DNA of 36,364 nt. Source: a virus. Lineage: Duplodnaviria; Caudoviricetes. The first letter of the stretch is position 1, and each line of letters starts with the position of its first letter. The DNA is taken from positions 1 through 36,364 of the IMG/VR virus record IMGVR_UViG_3300011423_000019. One strand, given 5' to 3'. This document shows, piece by piece, positions 1-8,116 of the stretch. The notes below the pieces were generated by a model, which saw only the letters and a program-made list of their open reading frames with translations, had not been told where the DNA came from and searched no databases. The translations under genes were made by a program, and so were the position numbers.

Positions 1-214
1 ACAGGAGTTCGCCGAGCTCGTCGCCGTTGGCGGCCACCCAGAGCAGATGGTTGGCGAACGCCTCGATGACCTCGGCCGCGACCCGCACCGAGGCCGCGGC
101 CGCGCCGGCCACGTTCCTGTCCGGGTGCTGCGCCATCAAGCCGGAAAGGGAGCGCAGTTCACGCGCGAGGTCATGCGCTGCGGTTCGCACTGGTGTCAGC
201 GGTGGTACGGGCAC
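1..214 (-). CDS. Hypothetical protein, runs off left edge (possibly N-terminus of the right-edge HNH protein)
   Basis: GTG at 214 preceded by GGAG; open to base 1 (VPVPPLTPVRTAAHDLAREL...NGDELGELL). Confidence 0.6.
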   Translation of the reverse strand, partial: MPVPPLTPVRTAAHDLARELRSLSGLMAQHPDRNVAGAAAASVRVAAEVIEAFANHLLWVAANGDELGELL

Positions 215-462
215 GTGAAGTTCTCCAGGTGAATTAGGGACCAAGAGACGTACTCCGGCACGTTCACATCGTGGGGCCCGCGCCCGAACGGGCCCGTGCA
301 TCGCAGCGTCCGCAGGCGGTGCCCCTTCCATTCGACGATCGGGAGCGCCTCGATCTCGGCCGCGCGTGTCGCCGCGTCGCGTGCGCCTCGGAGTTCGAGG
401 AAGTACGCGCGCGTGCGGTCGAGGGCGCGCCGCTCGTGCCGCATCGCGCGATCGAAACTCAT
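196..462 (-). CDS. Hypothetical protein (Cys/His motifs)
   Basis: ATGA overlap with upstream gene; part of coupled operon. Confidence 0.65.
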   Translation of the reverse strand: MSFDRAMRHERRALDRTRAYFLELRGARDAATRAAEIEALPIVEWKGHRLRTLRCTGPFGRGPHDVNVPEYVSWSLIHLENFTCPYHR

Positions 463-815
463 GCCGCCACCCAGACGACCGCGCGCCGATTGGTCCGCGT
501 CGGCCGCTTCACCACTTCGCCGCGGTCATCGCGCCGCATGGTGATCCGCCGCAGCTTCCAGAGTTCCCACCGCCGCGGCCGCTCGGAACTGCCATCGAGG
601 AGCAGCCGCGCCTGTAGCTCGTCGTCGGTCGCGCCCTCGGCGCCGGCCGCGCGGATGGCCGCGAAGACTTCCGCCCGCTGCGTTTCCTTCGCATCCTCGA
701 CGCTGAGGGCCGCGGCGGCCGAGGTGTCCCGCGTCGCCGGCTCGATGCCCGAGACGAACAGCGGAAAGTCGGCCTCCGCGGCCGCGCCGCTATCGGCGCG
801 ACCCCTGCGAGTCAT
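459..815 (-). CDS. Winged-helix DNA-binding protein
   Basis: GATDDELQARL...RPRRWEL...RPTRTNRRAVVW pattern typical of phage wHTH proteins; coupled overlaps. Confidence 0.65.
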   Translation of the reverse strand: MTRRGRADSGAAAEADFPLFVSGIEPATRDTSAAAALSVEDAKETQRAEVFAAIRAAGAEGATDDELQARLLLDGSSERPRRWELWKLRRITMRRDDRGEVVKRPTRTNRRAVVWVAA

Positions 816-1261
816 GCGACCAACCTCGCGAGCACATCGCTCACCGCTTCGCCTGCGTGCGCCGCCGCGATGATTTCCTCCGGATCGAACGATCGGCCGG
901 TTCGTTCCAGACAGAGGGCGGCGATCTCGCGCGTGCGGTCGTGCATCTCGCGCCCTCGGCGCGCCATGTCATAGGCCCACGTCACGAAGTCGGGGAACTC
1001 GAGTTGCTCGCCCTCGCGCCAGTTGTGATCGAGGCTCACGGCGACCGGCAGGCCCGATCGGTCGCGCGTGCGCAAGGCCGCGCGCACCCCTTGCACGAGG
1101 TTCTGTTCACCCCAGGTCAGCCACTCGGCCGCGGTCGCGCGCCGCTTCACGGCCTCGCAGATCGATCGGGTGTCGCGCGACTCGATCGGCAACTCTTCAA
1201 ACACCAACCTGACCACCACCGCCAACGAGCGGTTCGCCTCGGGCAGCTGCTTCTGCTTCAT
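812..1261 (-). CDS. Hypothetical protein
   Basis: ATGA overlaps at both ends; protein-like composition. Confidence 0.7.
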   Translation of the reverse strand: MKQKQLPEANRSLAVVVRLVFEELPIESRDTRSICEAVKRRATAAEWLTWGEQNLVQGVRAALRTRDRSGLPVAVSLDHNWREGEQLEFPDFVTWAYDMARRGREMHDRTREIAALCLERTGRSFDPEEIIAAAHAGEAVSDVLARLVA

Positions 1262-1953
1262 CGTCGCCCTCGCAATTCCTTCTCGACGCGATCGAGGACT
1301 GCTCGCGCGTTATGGATCGCGAGCAGCATGGCGGTCGTGCCGAGGGCGCCGGCCTCGGGCCCGGGGAAATGTTTCCAACGAATGGCGGCGACGGCCGCGT
1401 CAGCCAGGGCGACGAGGCGCTCGCACGCCGACTTGAAATGGTCCGCGTCCTTCCAGCTATCCGATGGCGTGCGCCCGCCAGCCGGATCGAGTTCTCGCAT
1501 GACGCCCTCGCGGGTCACCTGCGCTCGCTTCGTCCGCGCCGTCTCCGCGACCGCACCGATCGCTCGCTCGAACTTCTCGGGCGGCGCCGCGGCGAGCCGC
1601 TGGTAGTTCGAGGATTCGTCCCACGTAATGCCTTGGTCGGAAAGCCTCGACGCCGACGAGGCTTTCGATGGGCGCCCAAGCGGTCGGATCTTCGCGGTGG
1701 CCTGAGCGGCGAGTAGTTCCCCGACGCGCCGCTCCGCGCGGATCCGCAGCGTGCTCGCCGCGATGACCGCCTCCTGGTTCATGTCACGGACCTTGACCGC
1801 ATGTTCGAGCGTCGAGATGGCAGCCAGGACCTCCCGGGCCTCGACTACCGACACGGCCCGCACCAGCGCCGCGCGCCCTTGCTCGCACATCTGAAGCACG
1901 GCGGCGAGCGGATCCGCCGCGCGTTCGATGAGCGCCGTGTCCATTCGCTTCAT
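1258..1953 (-). CDS. Protein resembling the N-terminal helical/HTH region of phage DNA methyltransferases, with no catalytic domain
   Basis: IRAERRVGELL...LSDQGITWDESSNYQRLAAAPPEKFE; ATG at 1953 overlaps HNH stop. Confidence 0.6.
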   Translation of the reverse strand: MKRMDTALIERAADPLAAVLQMCEQGRAALVRAVSVVEAREVLAAISTLEHAVKVRDMNQEAVIAASTLRIRAERRVGELLAAQATAKIRPLGRPSKASSASRLSDQGITWDESSNYQRLAAAPPEKFERAIGAVAETARTKRAQVTREGVMRELDPAGGRTPSDSWKDADHFKSACERLVALADAAVAAIRWKHFPGPEAGALGTTAMLLAIHNARAVLDRVEKELRGRR

Positions 1954-2300
1954 AGTCGCGGCCCTCGCGCGGCATCCTTCGCCGCGTTGCAGCTGCGGCA
2001 GAGCGATTGATGGTTCCTCGGGTCGAGGCGCGCGCCGCCGTCGCGCAGCGACCGGATGTGATCTGTCACCGTCGCCCGCACCCGGGCGCCGCGTTGCGCG
2101 CAGCGCGAGTGCTCGGGATGCCGGCGCCCGTCGGCGCGCTGGCCGCACCAGGGGAACCGCGCGAGCCACGCGCGCGAGTAGGCCGCCCACTCCGCGTCAT
2201 AGCCACGCTCCACCGCGGTGCCGCGCGCGCGATCGCATCGAGGGCAGCGGCCGCGGCCGATGCGCCCGCAACGACAGGTCCGCGGCGGCGCCCAGGGCAT
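1950..2300 (-). CDS. HNH endonuclease, packaging-associated (HK97 gp74-like)
   Basis: RGYDAEW...ATVTDHIRSLRDGGARLDPRNHQSLCRSCNAAK. Confidence 0.88.
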   Translation of the reverse strand: MPWAPPRTCRCGRIGRGRCPRCDRARGTAVERGYDAEWAAYSRAWLARFPWCGQRADGRRHPEHSRCAQRGARVRATVTDHIRSLRDGGARLDPRNHQSLCRSCNAAKDAARGPRL

Positions 2301-2306
2301 CAGGCG

Positions 2307-2543
2307 TCATCCTCGCGCGACGGCCGCGCGCCCGTCTTCGTATCGCTTGATCAGGTCGACGACCAGGACCATCAAATGCTCACCATGTATGCGCCAGAAT
2401 GCGATCCACTCGGGCGATCCGAAGTAGCGTGCGTCGTACGCGGCGAGATCACCGCCAACGATGATCTCCAGCATTCGCCGGGACTCAGGCGTGTAATCGT
2501 CGAGCCCGCGAACGATCGGCAGCGCGCCCGGCTTCGGCATCAC
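2307..2543 (-). CDS. Hypothetical protein
   Basis: Coupled to upstream ASCH gene; protein-like composition. Confidence 0.6.
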   Translation of the reverse strand: MMPKPGALPIVRGLDDYTPESRRMLEIIVGGDLAAYDARYFGSPEWIAFWRIHGEHLMVLVVDLIKRYEDGRAAVARG

Positions 2544-2893
2544 AGGTACTCGAACGCGATCCGGGTGACGGGCGCGTCAGGGTCGCAGTGGTGCGACCGG
2601 GCGAACCACCGCACGAACTCGGCGGGGTCCATCCCGGGGAAGCCTTCGGCCGCGACCTCGGCCGCCGGATCGGGATACGCGAGCAGCGCATCGAGGCGCT
2701 CGCGCCACGCGGACACGACGCGCACGGGCCTGCCGATCCGTTCAACCTTGCCGCCGCGCGGGAGGCCGCGCGCTTTCTTGACCGGCTGAAAGTGCAGGCC
2801 CGAGCGCGCGTCGCGCCATCCGAGCCGGCGCGTGACGGTCTTCTGGCGCGCGCGGACCTGGGCGGTCGTGAACGCGAAGCTCATAAGGCGCAT
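2540..2893 (-). CDS. ASCH-domain protein
   Basis: MSF...KTVTRR...VRVVSAWRERL...AAEGF...EFVRWF...VTRIAFEY. Confidence 0.8.
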   Translation of the reverse strand: MRLMSFAFTTAQVRARQKTVTRRLGWRDARSGLHFQPVKKARGLPRGGKVERIGRPVRVVSAWRERLDALLAYPDPAAEVAAEGFPGMDPAEFVRWFARSHHCDPDAPVTRIAFEYL

Positions 2894-2903
2894 CGTTGGG
2901 CCC

Positions 2904-3086
2904 TCACGCAAACAGGCCGACCCACCGTAGGAGCCAGAGCAGCGCCGCGATGATCACCACCACGACGATCAACCGCCGGAAGGCCTCCGGCATCGGCACG
3001 TAGGTGATCAGCACCCAGACGAGGAAGCCGATCAGCGCGAGGGCAATCACGATCCGGACGAGGTCAGGCAGGACCATCACCGTCAC
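2904..3086 (-). CDS. Small two-TM membrane protein (Thivi_2564-like; possible holin)
   Basis: Two hydrophobic helices around YVPMPEAFRR. Confidence 0.7.
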   Translation of the reverse strand: MTVMVLPDLVRIVIALALIGFLVWVLITYVPMPEAFRRLIVVVVIIAALLWLLRWVGLFA

Positions 3087-3763
3087 CCTTCCGGCGCGTC
3101 GTCGTCGCGGCGGCGCCGCAGCCAGAGCAGGAGTTTCGCGCCGCTCAGGTCCTCGCCCTCGTGCACCGGCGGCGGCGTGGCCGTGCCGGGCTGCACCTCC
3201 ACGTCAATGTCGCCCTTCGCGCGCATGCGCGTCAGGCTCTCGACCACGATCGGCAGGTCGACCGGGCCGTGCGCGCGCATCGGTGCCGCCACGATGGCCT
3301 CCAGCGCATACACGCGCCCGTCGAGGCCGGCGAGCTGCTCCTGCAGCGGCGCGATCGCGGCGTCGATCATCGCCTGCACCTGGGCCTCGGTCAGGCCCGG
3401 CGCGCTCGGGGTGCCGCCGCTGCTATCGCCGGGCGTCACGACGGGCGGCCCTCCCAGGTCGCGCCACTCCCAGAGCAGCGTGCCCGGCGTCGGGCCGTCC
3501 TTGAGCGGCGAGTACGGGTGCGTGTAGTACCCGTTCGGATCGGGCTCGGCGGTCGGCAGGAAGATCCGCCCGGCGATGCGCCCGTCGCTGCCGATCTGCT
3601 GCGTCATCGCGTGGAACGGCATCGACGCATCCGGCACGATGAACGGCCCGTACCCTTTCGGGATGCCGCTCGCTTCGAGCACGGCTTCCCAATCGTCGGC
3701 AGGCTGGCCCGGCGCCCGCTGAATCGTGGAGAAAAACAACTGCTGATATTCGGCGCTGGTCAT
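3083..3763 (-). CDS. Hypothetical protein with Pro/Gly linker and coiled coil
   Basis: ATG 3763 after GGAGG; MTSAEYQQLFF... Confidence 0.7.
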   Translation of the reverse strand: MTSAEYQQLFFSTIQRAPGQPADDWEAVLEASGIPKGYGPFIVPDASMPFHAMTQQIGSDGRIAGRIFLPTAEPDPNGYYTHPYSPLKDGPTPGTLLWEWRDLGGPPVVTPGDSSGGTPSAPGLTEAQVQAMIDAAIAPLQEQLAGLDGRVYALEAIVAAPMRAHGPVDLPIVVESLTRMRAKGDIDVEVQPGTATPPPVHEGEDLSGAKLLLWLRRRRDDDAPEG

Positions 3764-3764
3764 T

Positions 3765-3905
3765 TCACTGCCTCCAATGCACTCGACGCACGTGTTGCGT
3801 GAAGGCGAGGTCCTCCCGCCGTGCGCGGCGCGAGAGGACCCACCATCGACCGATCGCGATCGCGGCGACGGCGAGGCCGAGCACCACCAGGGCGTCAACG
3901 TCCAT
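3765..3905 (-). CDS. Small single-TM protein
   Basis: MDVDALVVLGLAVAAIAIGRWW; GGAG RBS. Confidence 0.55.
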   Translation of the reverse strand: MDVDALVVLGLAVAAIAIGRWWVLSRRARREDLAFTQHVRRVHWRQ

Positions 3906-4140
3906 GGTGGCTCTCCTGTTCGATGCGATCGACGTGGACGCGCAGGCCGGCCGCCACGATGACGATCCGGTGCGGCGGCGGCCAGACCGAGCGCAGCTGC
4001 TCGGCGAGATGCTGCACGGCATCGAGGCGCAGCGGCTCGGTGCATTCGCAGACGATCACCTCGTCGGGCGACGGGTCCATGCAGCGCGGCGGCCCGATCG
4101 GGAGGCGGGTCAAGACGGCGATCGCGTCCTCGCGGGTCAT
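3895..4140 (-). CDS. Hypothetical protein
   Basis: ATGA overlap with upstream gene. Confidence 0.6.
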   Translation of the reverse strand: MTREDAIAVLTRLPIGPPRCMDPSPDEVIVCECTEPLRLDAVQHLAEQLRSVWPPPHRIVIVAAGLRVHVDRIEQESHHGR

Positions 4141-4370
4141 CGCACGCGCTCCGGCTCATACGCGCCGGGCAGCGGCACGATCGGGTCGAGGCCGTTGGCG
4201 AGGCGCCGCGGATTCACCTTCGCGACGCAGGCCGCGCAAATCGGCTCGCGTATTCCGTCGATCCCGATCGAGATCGAGGGCACGAGGTCGGCGTTGAATG
4301 TGAACAGCCGCCGGCACCCGAAGCACTGGCCGAGCACGAACATCACCGGGCCGTCATCGTCCCCGGTCAT
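4137..4370 (-). CDS. Small zinc-finger protein
   Basis: CFGC...CAAC; ATGA overlap. Confidence 0.65.
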   Translation of the reverse strand: MTGDDDGPVMFVLGQCFGCRRLFTFNADLVPSISIGIDGIREPICAACVAKVNPRRLANGLDPIVPLPGAYEPERVR

Positions 4371-4606
4371 CGCTTCGCTCCTTTCCGCTCGCGGGCCGCG
4401 GCCGCCATGAGGGGCTGCAGCAGGCGCGCGAGAAACTTCCGCCCGCTCGGCGTGCGCGCCAGGGTGTCGATCTCGACGCACGCACTGCACAGCGACTGCC
4501 CCGGGTTCGCCCACCAGCAGCCGCACGGACAGGGCCGGCGCTCGGTGCACTGGCACCAGCGGCACCGGCCCGCCGCGTCGGGCATCACAATCGCGTCGAT
4601 GCGCAT
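4367..4606 (-). CDS. Small Cys-rich zinc-finger protein
   Basis: CRWCQCTERRPCPCGCWW...LCSAC; GGAGG upstream. Confidence 0.65.
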   Translation of the reverse strand: MRIDAIVMPDAAGRCRWCQCTERRPCPCGCWWANPGQSLCSACVEIDTLARTPSGRKFLARLLQPLMAAAARERKGAKR

Positions 4607-4827
4607 CCGCCGCCCTCCCCGCGCCCAAGGAAGGCGCCGAGCCCGAAGTAGCGCGCGTGCCCGCTGCGCAGCTGCACGTCGGTGCCGTGGTGCGTGGCCT
4701 CCAGGGCCGCCGCGGTTTCCTCGACGGTCGGCCACGCGAGGGCGCTGAACGCGACCTTCGTCGGATCCTTCCGGCTCCATTCGTCGAAGGCCGGGCGCGG
4801 CTCGCCGTCCTGCCGCGGCAGCAGCAT
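4585..4827 (-). CDS. Hypothetical protein
   Basis: TGATG coupling with upstream gene. Confidence 0.5.
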   Translation of the reverse strand: MLLPRQDGEPRPAFDEWSRKDPTKVAFSALAWPTVEETAAALEATHHGTDVQLRSGHARYFGLGAFLGRGEGGGCASTRL

Positions 4828-5492
4828 CAATGCACCGGCCAGAGAGCGCGCGCGGCATCCAGTCGCCGTACGAGTTCCTCGCTCGCCAACACCTGCCGTT
4901 GGACGGTGGCTTCTTCCTCGCACTTCGCCGCGAGAATCGGCACACCCGTGCGAAACGACTCCTCGACTTCTGCCCGCGTCGCCGGTCGCCCGCAGCTCCA
5001 CCACTCGACGGCATCGGCCGGGCCGATCTCGATCAGCGGTCGCCCGCGGCCGTCGTTGAACACGCGAAACGAGCGCGTCACCCAGACCAGTCCGACACCG
5101 GGGTTGCGATCTATCGGGAACCCGGCGCCAGGCCCCGCGTCTTCGGGCAGACCGCCTTCGCGGCGCACCATGTGCGGCCTGGACATGAACGGGCAGTTGC
5201 GCGCGCTCCAGTTCGCACATTCGCGGTGACAGGCTGGCTCCGACGTGGTGCGGTTGATGGCGCACATCGGGCCGATCAGAAACGCGAGCCACTGGCCGAG
5301 CGGTTCGCCGCACACCCAGCAGCGGCGCTCGCGCACCGCTCTGAGCCACTTCGCCGGGTCCATGCAGCGGAACTCCGGCACGCCGTTGATCCAACCGACG
5401 AACCACGGCACCGGATAGCCGCGCGCGTCCACAGGCAGCGCCCGCAGGCGGCGAGGGAGGGTCCCGAGCTCGGGGCGAAGTAGAGTCGCCAT
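4827..5492 (-). CDS. Conserved-looking phage protein with Zn-binding motifs
   Basis: RGYPVPWFV...CWVCGEPL...EPACHRECA..SARNCPF; TGATG coupling. Confidence 0.75.
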   Translation of the reverse strand: MATLLRPELGTLPRRLRALPVDARGYPVPWFVGWINGVPEFRCMDPAKWLRAVRERRCWVCGEPLGQWLAFLIGPMCAINRTTSEPACHRECANWSARNCPFMSRPHMVRREGGLPEDAGPGAGFPIDRNPGVGLVWVTRSFRVFNDGRGRPLIEIGPADAVEWWSCGRPATRAEVEESFRTGVPILAAKCEEEATVQRQVLASEELVRRLDAARALWPVH

Positions 5493-6055
5493 CAGTGCGT
5501 CCTCGCTGCTTCCGCTGAGGCTGGCGCGTCGATCGGCAACTTCTGCTGCTTGCCGCGCGCGAGCGCCTGGGCGAATAACTCGAGGTCGCGCTTCCACGTG
5601 CCGTAGCGCGCGGCGATGCACGCGAATTCCTCGAGGTCATGCCGGCGCACGCGATAGACGATCCGGCCGCGCACATCGAGCAGCGGATCGCCGGTCACCG
5701 GGTCTTCCTTCACCGTCGCGTGGCAGAGTTCGTGATCGAGCAGGGCGTCGCGCTGCTCGTCGGTCACGAGCTCGTCGATCCAAAAGGCCTGCTGCAGCAG
5801 GATGACGAAGTCCCAGGCCATGAGTTCGCGGTCGAGGGCCGTGGCTTTCTTGCAGCGGCCGAGCGTCTGCCGGCCATCCGGATCGGCGCGCCACGAGGTG
5901 CACCACGCGAGGGCGATCCGCGCGTCGCGCAATTCCTCGTGGTGCTCGTGGACGAGGCGATCGAGGCGGGCGTAGCTCGGGCCGTGCGCCTCGCGTGTCA
6001 GTAGCGTGTATGAGACTTTCGGCGGCGCCTTCGGCTTGCGGCGGCGTGGGCTCAT
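5492..6055 (-). CDS. Putative phage metallopeptidase (HExxH)
   Basis: ARIALAW...LGRCKK...DFVILL...LLDHELCH...HDLEEF..IAARYG. Confidence 0.82.
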   Translation of the reverse strand: MSPRRRKPKAPPKVSYTLLTREAHGPSYARLDRLVHEHHEELRDARIALAWCTSWRADPDGRQTLGRCKKATALDRELMAWDFVILLQQAFWIDELVTDEQRDALLDHELCHATVKEDPVTGDPLLDVRGRIVYRVRRHDLEEFACIAARYGTWKRDLELFAQALARGKQQKLPIDAPASAEAARTH

Positions 6056-6465
6056 GAGGGGGCTCCCTTCTGCGGCGCGGCCAGCGATTGCGGGTCCTCG
6101 TCGCGATAGCTGCGGAACTCGGAGAGCATCGCGGCCGCGGCCTCGGGCGTGACGCCGATCTTCGTTTTCAGAAACCGCGTCAGTGAGGCCTCGGCCTCGG
6201 CGACCGATGCGGCCTCGATGAGCACCCAGGCGGTGGAGCGCGCGGCCTCGGGCGTCAGTTGCGCGAGTTGGCCGCACCAGACGACATCGAGCATGCCTTG
6301 CCCGGTCGCCTTGCTGACGATGCTGGTGACTTGAAAGTCGCGATCGGTCCCGAGCCGCGTGAGGATTTGGTGCACCTCGCGCAGCGCCTGGTCGTGGCGG
6401 ATATCGCGCGCGCCGGGGTGGGCGATCAAGTCCTCGATCGCGGCGAGGCGTTCGGCGTGCTTCAT
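6052..6465 (-). CDS. Hypothetical protein
   Basis: GGAGG RBS; ATGA overlaps. Confidence 0.7.
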   Translation of the reverse strand: MKHAERLAAIEDLIAHPGARDIRHDQALREVHQILTRLGTDRDFQVTSIVSKATGQGMLDVVWCGQLAQLTPEAARSTAWVLIEAASVAEAEASLTRFLKTKIGVTPEAAAAMLSEFRSYRDEDPQSLAAPQKGAPS

Positions 6466-6974
6466 ATATCCTCCGTGAACAAATCCAGCGAGGTCTGCGC
6501 GGGCTCGGGCGGCGCGGCGTCGCCCACGGTGATCTCGGCGCCTGGTTGCGCGCCGGTCGGGACGAAGACCTTGCGCGCGCGCAGGTCGACCACCGCCTTG
6601 TCATCCGCGAAGACGACCCCGGTCAGTGCATCGAGGCAACAGCGGGCGAGCTTGTCCACGTCCGGCTTGGTGAGGTGATGCACCACGCGCCGCGGCGCCG
6701 AGGCCGGCCGCGGCAGGCGGAAGATCACCGCGACCGTGACTGGCCCGAGGAACAACACGCCCGCGGCGGCGCCCTGGGCTTGCGAGGCGATTAACTGCTG
6801 CCAGTTCTTCGCGTCGGGGTTGTCGTTCGTGATCACGGCGCGCGGCGCCTTGCCGGCGGCCACCGCCTCGCGCGCCCACTTCAGCGGCACGAAGGCCTTC
6901 GCGCTGCCCTTCGGCTCCGGCAGGCCGGCGACGGTGAACGTCACGACACGACGAGCGAGGTCGAGGCCCATCAC
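6462..6974 (-). CDS. rusA: RusA-family Holliday junction resolvase
   Basis: PEPKGS...KPDVDKLARCCLDALTGVVFADDKAVV signature. Confidence 0.9.
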   Translation of the reverse strand: MMGLDLARRVVTFTVAGLPEPKGSAKAFVPLKWAREAVAAGKAPRAVITNDNPDAKNWQQLIASQAQGAAAGVLFLGPVTVAVIFRLPRPASAPRRVVHHLTKPDVDKLARCCLDALTGVVFADDKAVVDLRARKVFVPTGAQPGAEITVGDAAPPEPAQTSLDLFTEDI

Positions 6975-7750
6975 GCGCGGCGCCGTTCGAGACTTGCCGA
7001 TTCGCGCCGGGCCCGGCAGCGGGCGATCGCGCCATCGAGGTAGCCGTAGAAGGCGTCGACCGCGTAGACCAAGCCGGCGCGTGCCGCCACGGTCTTGCAG
7101 TGCTCCGTCAGGGAGGGCACGTCGAGGGCGGCGCCCGGTGTGGCAAACGCCGCCTCGACCTCGCGCCAGACCAGGGCTTTGAGCACCCGCGGTTCGTGGG
7201 TCGGCGAGCCGCGACGCAGGCGCGGTGATCTTTCTATAGGTACGTACTGATCTATTAGGAGGGGATCGCGCGCGCGCGAGGCGCGTGGAATCCGCGCGGA
7301 ATCCGTTCGGATTCCATCCGGAATCCCTGCGGAGGGTTGGCGGCCTGGGGCGGCCTTGCCGCGCTTCGTCGGCGCCGGCGATCCGCCGTTGGCGCCGCCG
7401 ACCTCGGCGCGTTTACGCTCGCGATCCTTGCGCAGCTTCGCCTTCACCTCGGCGGCCTTTGGGTTGTATTCGTGGTAATCGTGAATCCGATACCCGCCCG
7501 CAACTCGTTCAAACAAACGGACATCGCGCGAGGCGAGCGCCTGGGCGACCCGCACGGGTTCGTCATCAAGGGTGAAGGCGCGGACGACCGAGTCCGCGAT
7601 GTACCCGTCCGTCAGATGCCGGTTGGCGTAGCTCACCGCGGCGACATAGATCGCGACGGCGCGCCCGCGGCGGTGGTGGCCGTTCAGGTGCGTCGCGGCC
7701 GCAAAAACTTTCGGATGATCGACGAACTGATCATCGAGCTTCACCCACAT
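6971..7750 (-). CDS. Phage replication initiator/organiser protein
   Basis: MWVKLDDQFVDHPKV...TDGYI...GYRIHDYHEYNP...RERKR; internal iterons; located next to rusA. Confidence 0.75.
   Translation of the reverse strand: MWVKLDDQFVDHPKVFAAATHLNGHHRRGRAVAIYVAAVSYANRHLTDGYIADSVVRAFTLDDEPVRVAQALASRDVRLFERVAGGYRIHDYHEYNPKAAEVKAKLRKDRERKRAEVGGANGGSPAPTKRGKAAPGRQPSAGIPDGIRTDSARIPRASRARDPLLIDQYVPIERSPRLRRGSPTHEPRVLKALVWREVEAAFATPGAALDVPSLTEHCKTVAARAGLVYAVDAFYGYLDGAIARCRARRESASLERRRA
7229..7333. repeat. Putative replication origin: four 11-bp iterons plus AT-rich segment
   Basis: GGAATCCGCGC/GGAATCCGTTC/GGATTCCATCC/GGAATCCCTGC at 7287-7330; AT-rich run at 7229-7258. Confidence 0.7.
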
Positions 7751-7833
7751 TTCGCCCCCCACCTTCGCCAACGCTTCGTCGTGCCCGACTAGCTCGACCT
7801 GTTGAAGTCCTGTGCATGGTCTGCGGATTCCCG

Positions 7834-8103
7834 CTACTCGCCGGTCGACCGGCCGACCGCCGCCGCCGAGGCGTCGTGGAGGCGCAGCGCCGGCCCGCCG
7901 GCCTCGATGCGCGGCAGGGGCGTCGCGTCCTGGGGCGTGTCCGCGGTCGCCGCCACAAAGCCGAGGACCGCCCGGCGCGCGCTCGGTGCGAGGTCGGCGA
8001 GGGCGCCGCCCACGACGATCACCGCGCGCATCACGGGGTCTTGCATCGAGCGCACGAGGGCGTCGCCCTCGGCCTGGGACTGGACTTCGATCGATCGCTT
8101 CAT
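7834..8103 (-). CDS. Hypothetical protein
   Basis: AGGTGG upstream; follows nuclease gene. Confidence 0.6.
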   Translation of the reverse strand: MKRSIEVQSQAEGDALVRSMQDPVMRAVIVVGGALADLAPSARRAVLGFVAATADTPQDATPLPRIEAGGPALRLHDASAAAVGRSTGE

Positions 8104-8116
8104 CGGGCACCACCTG

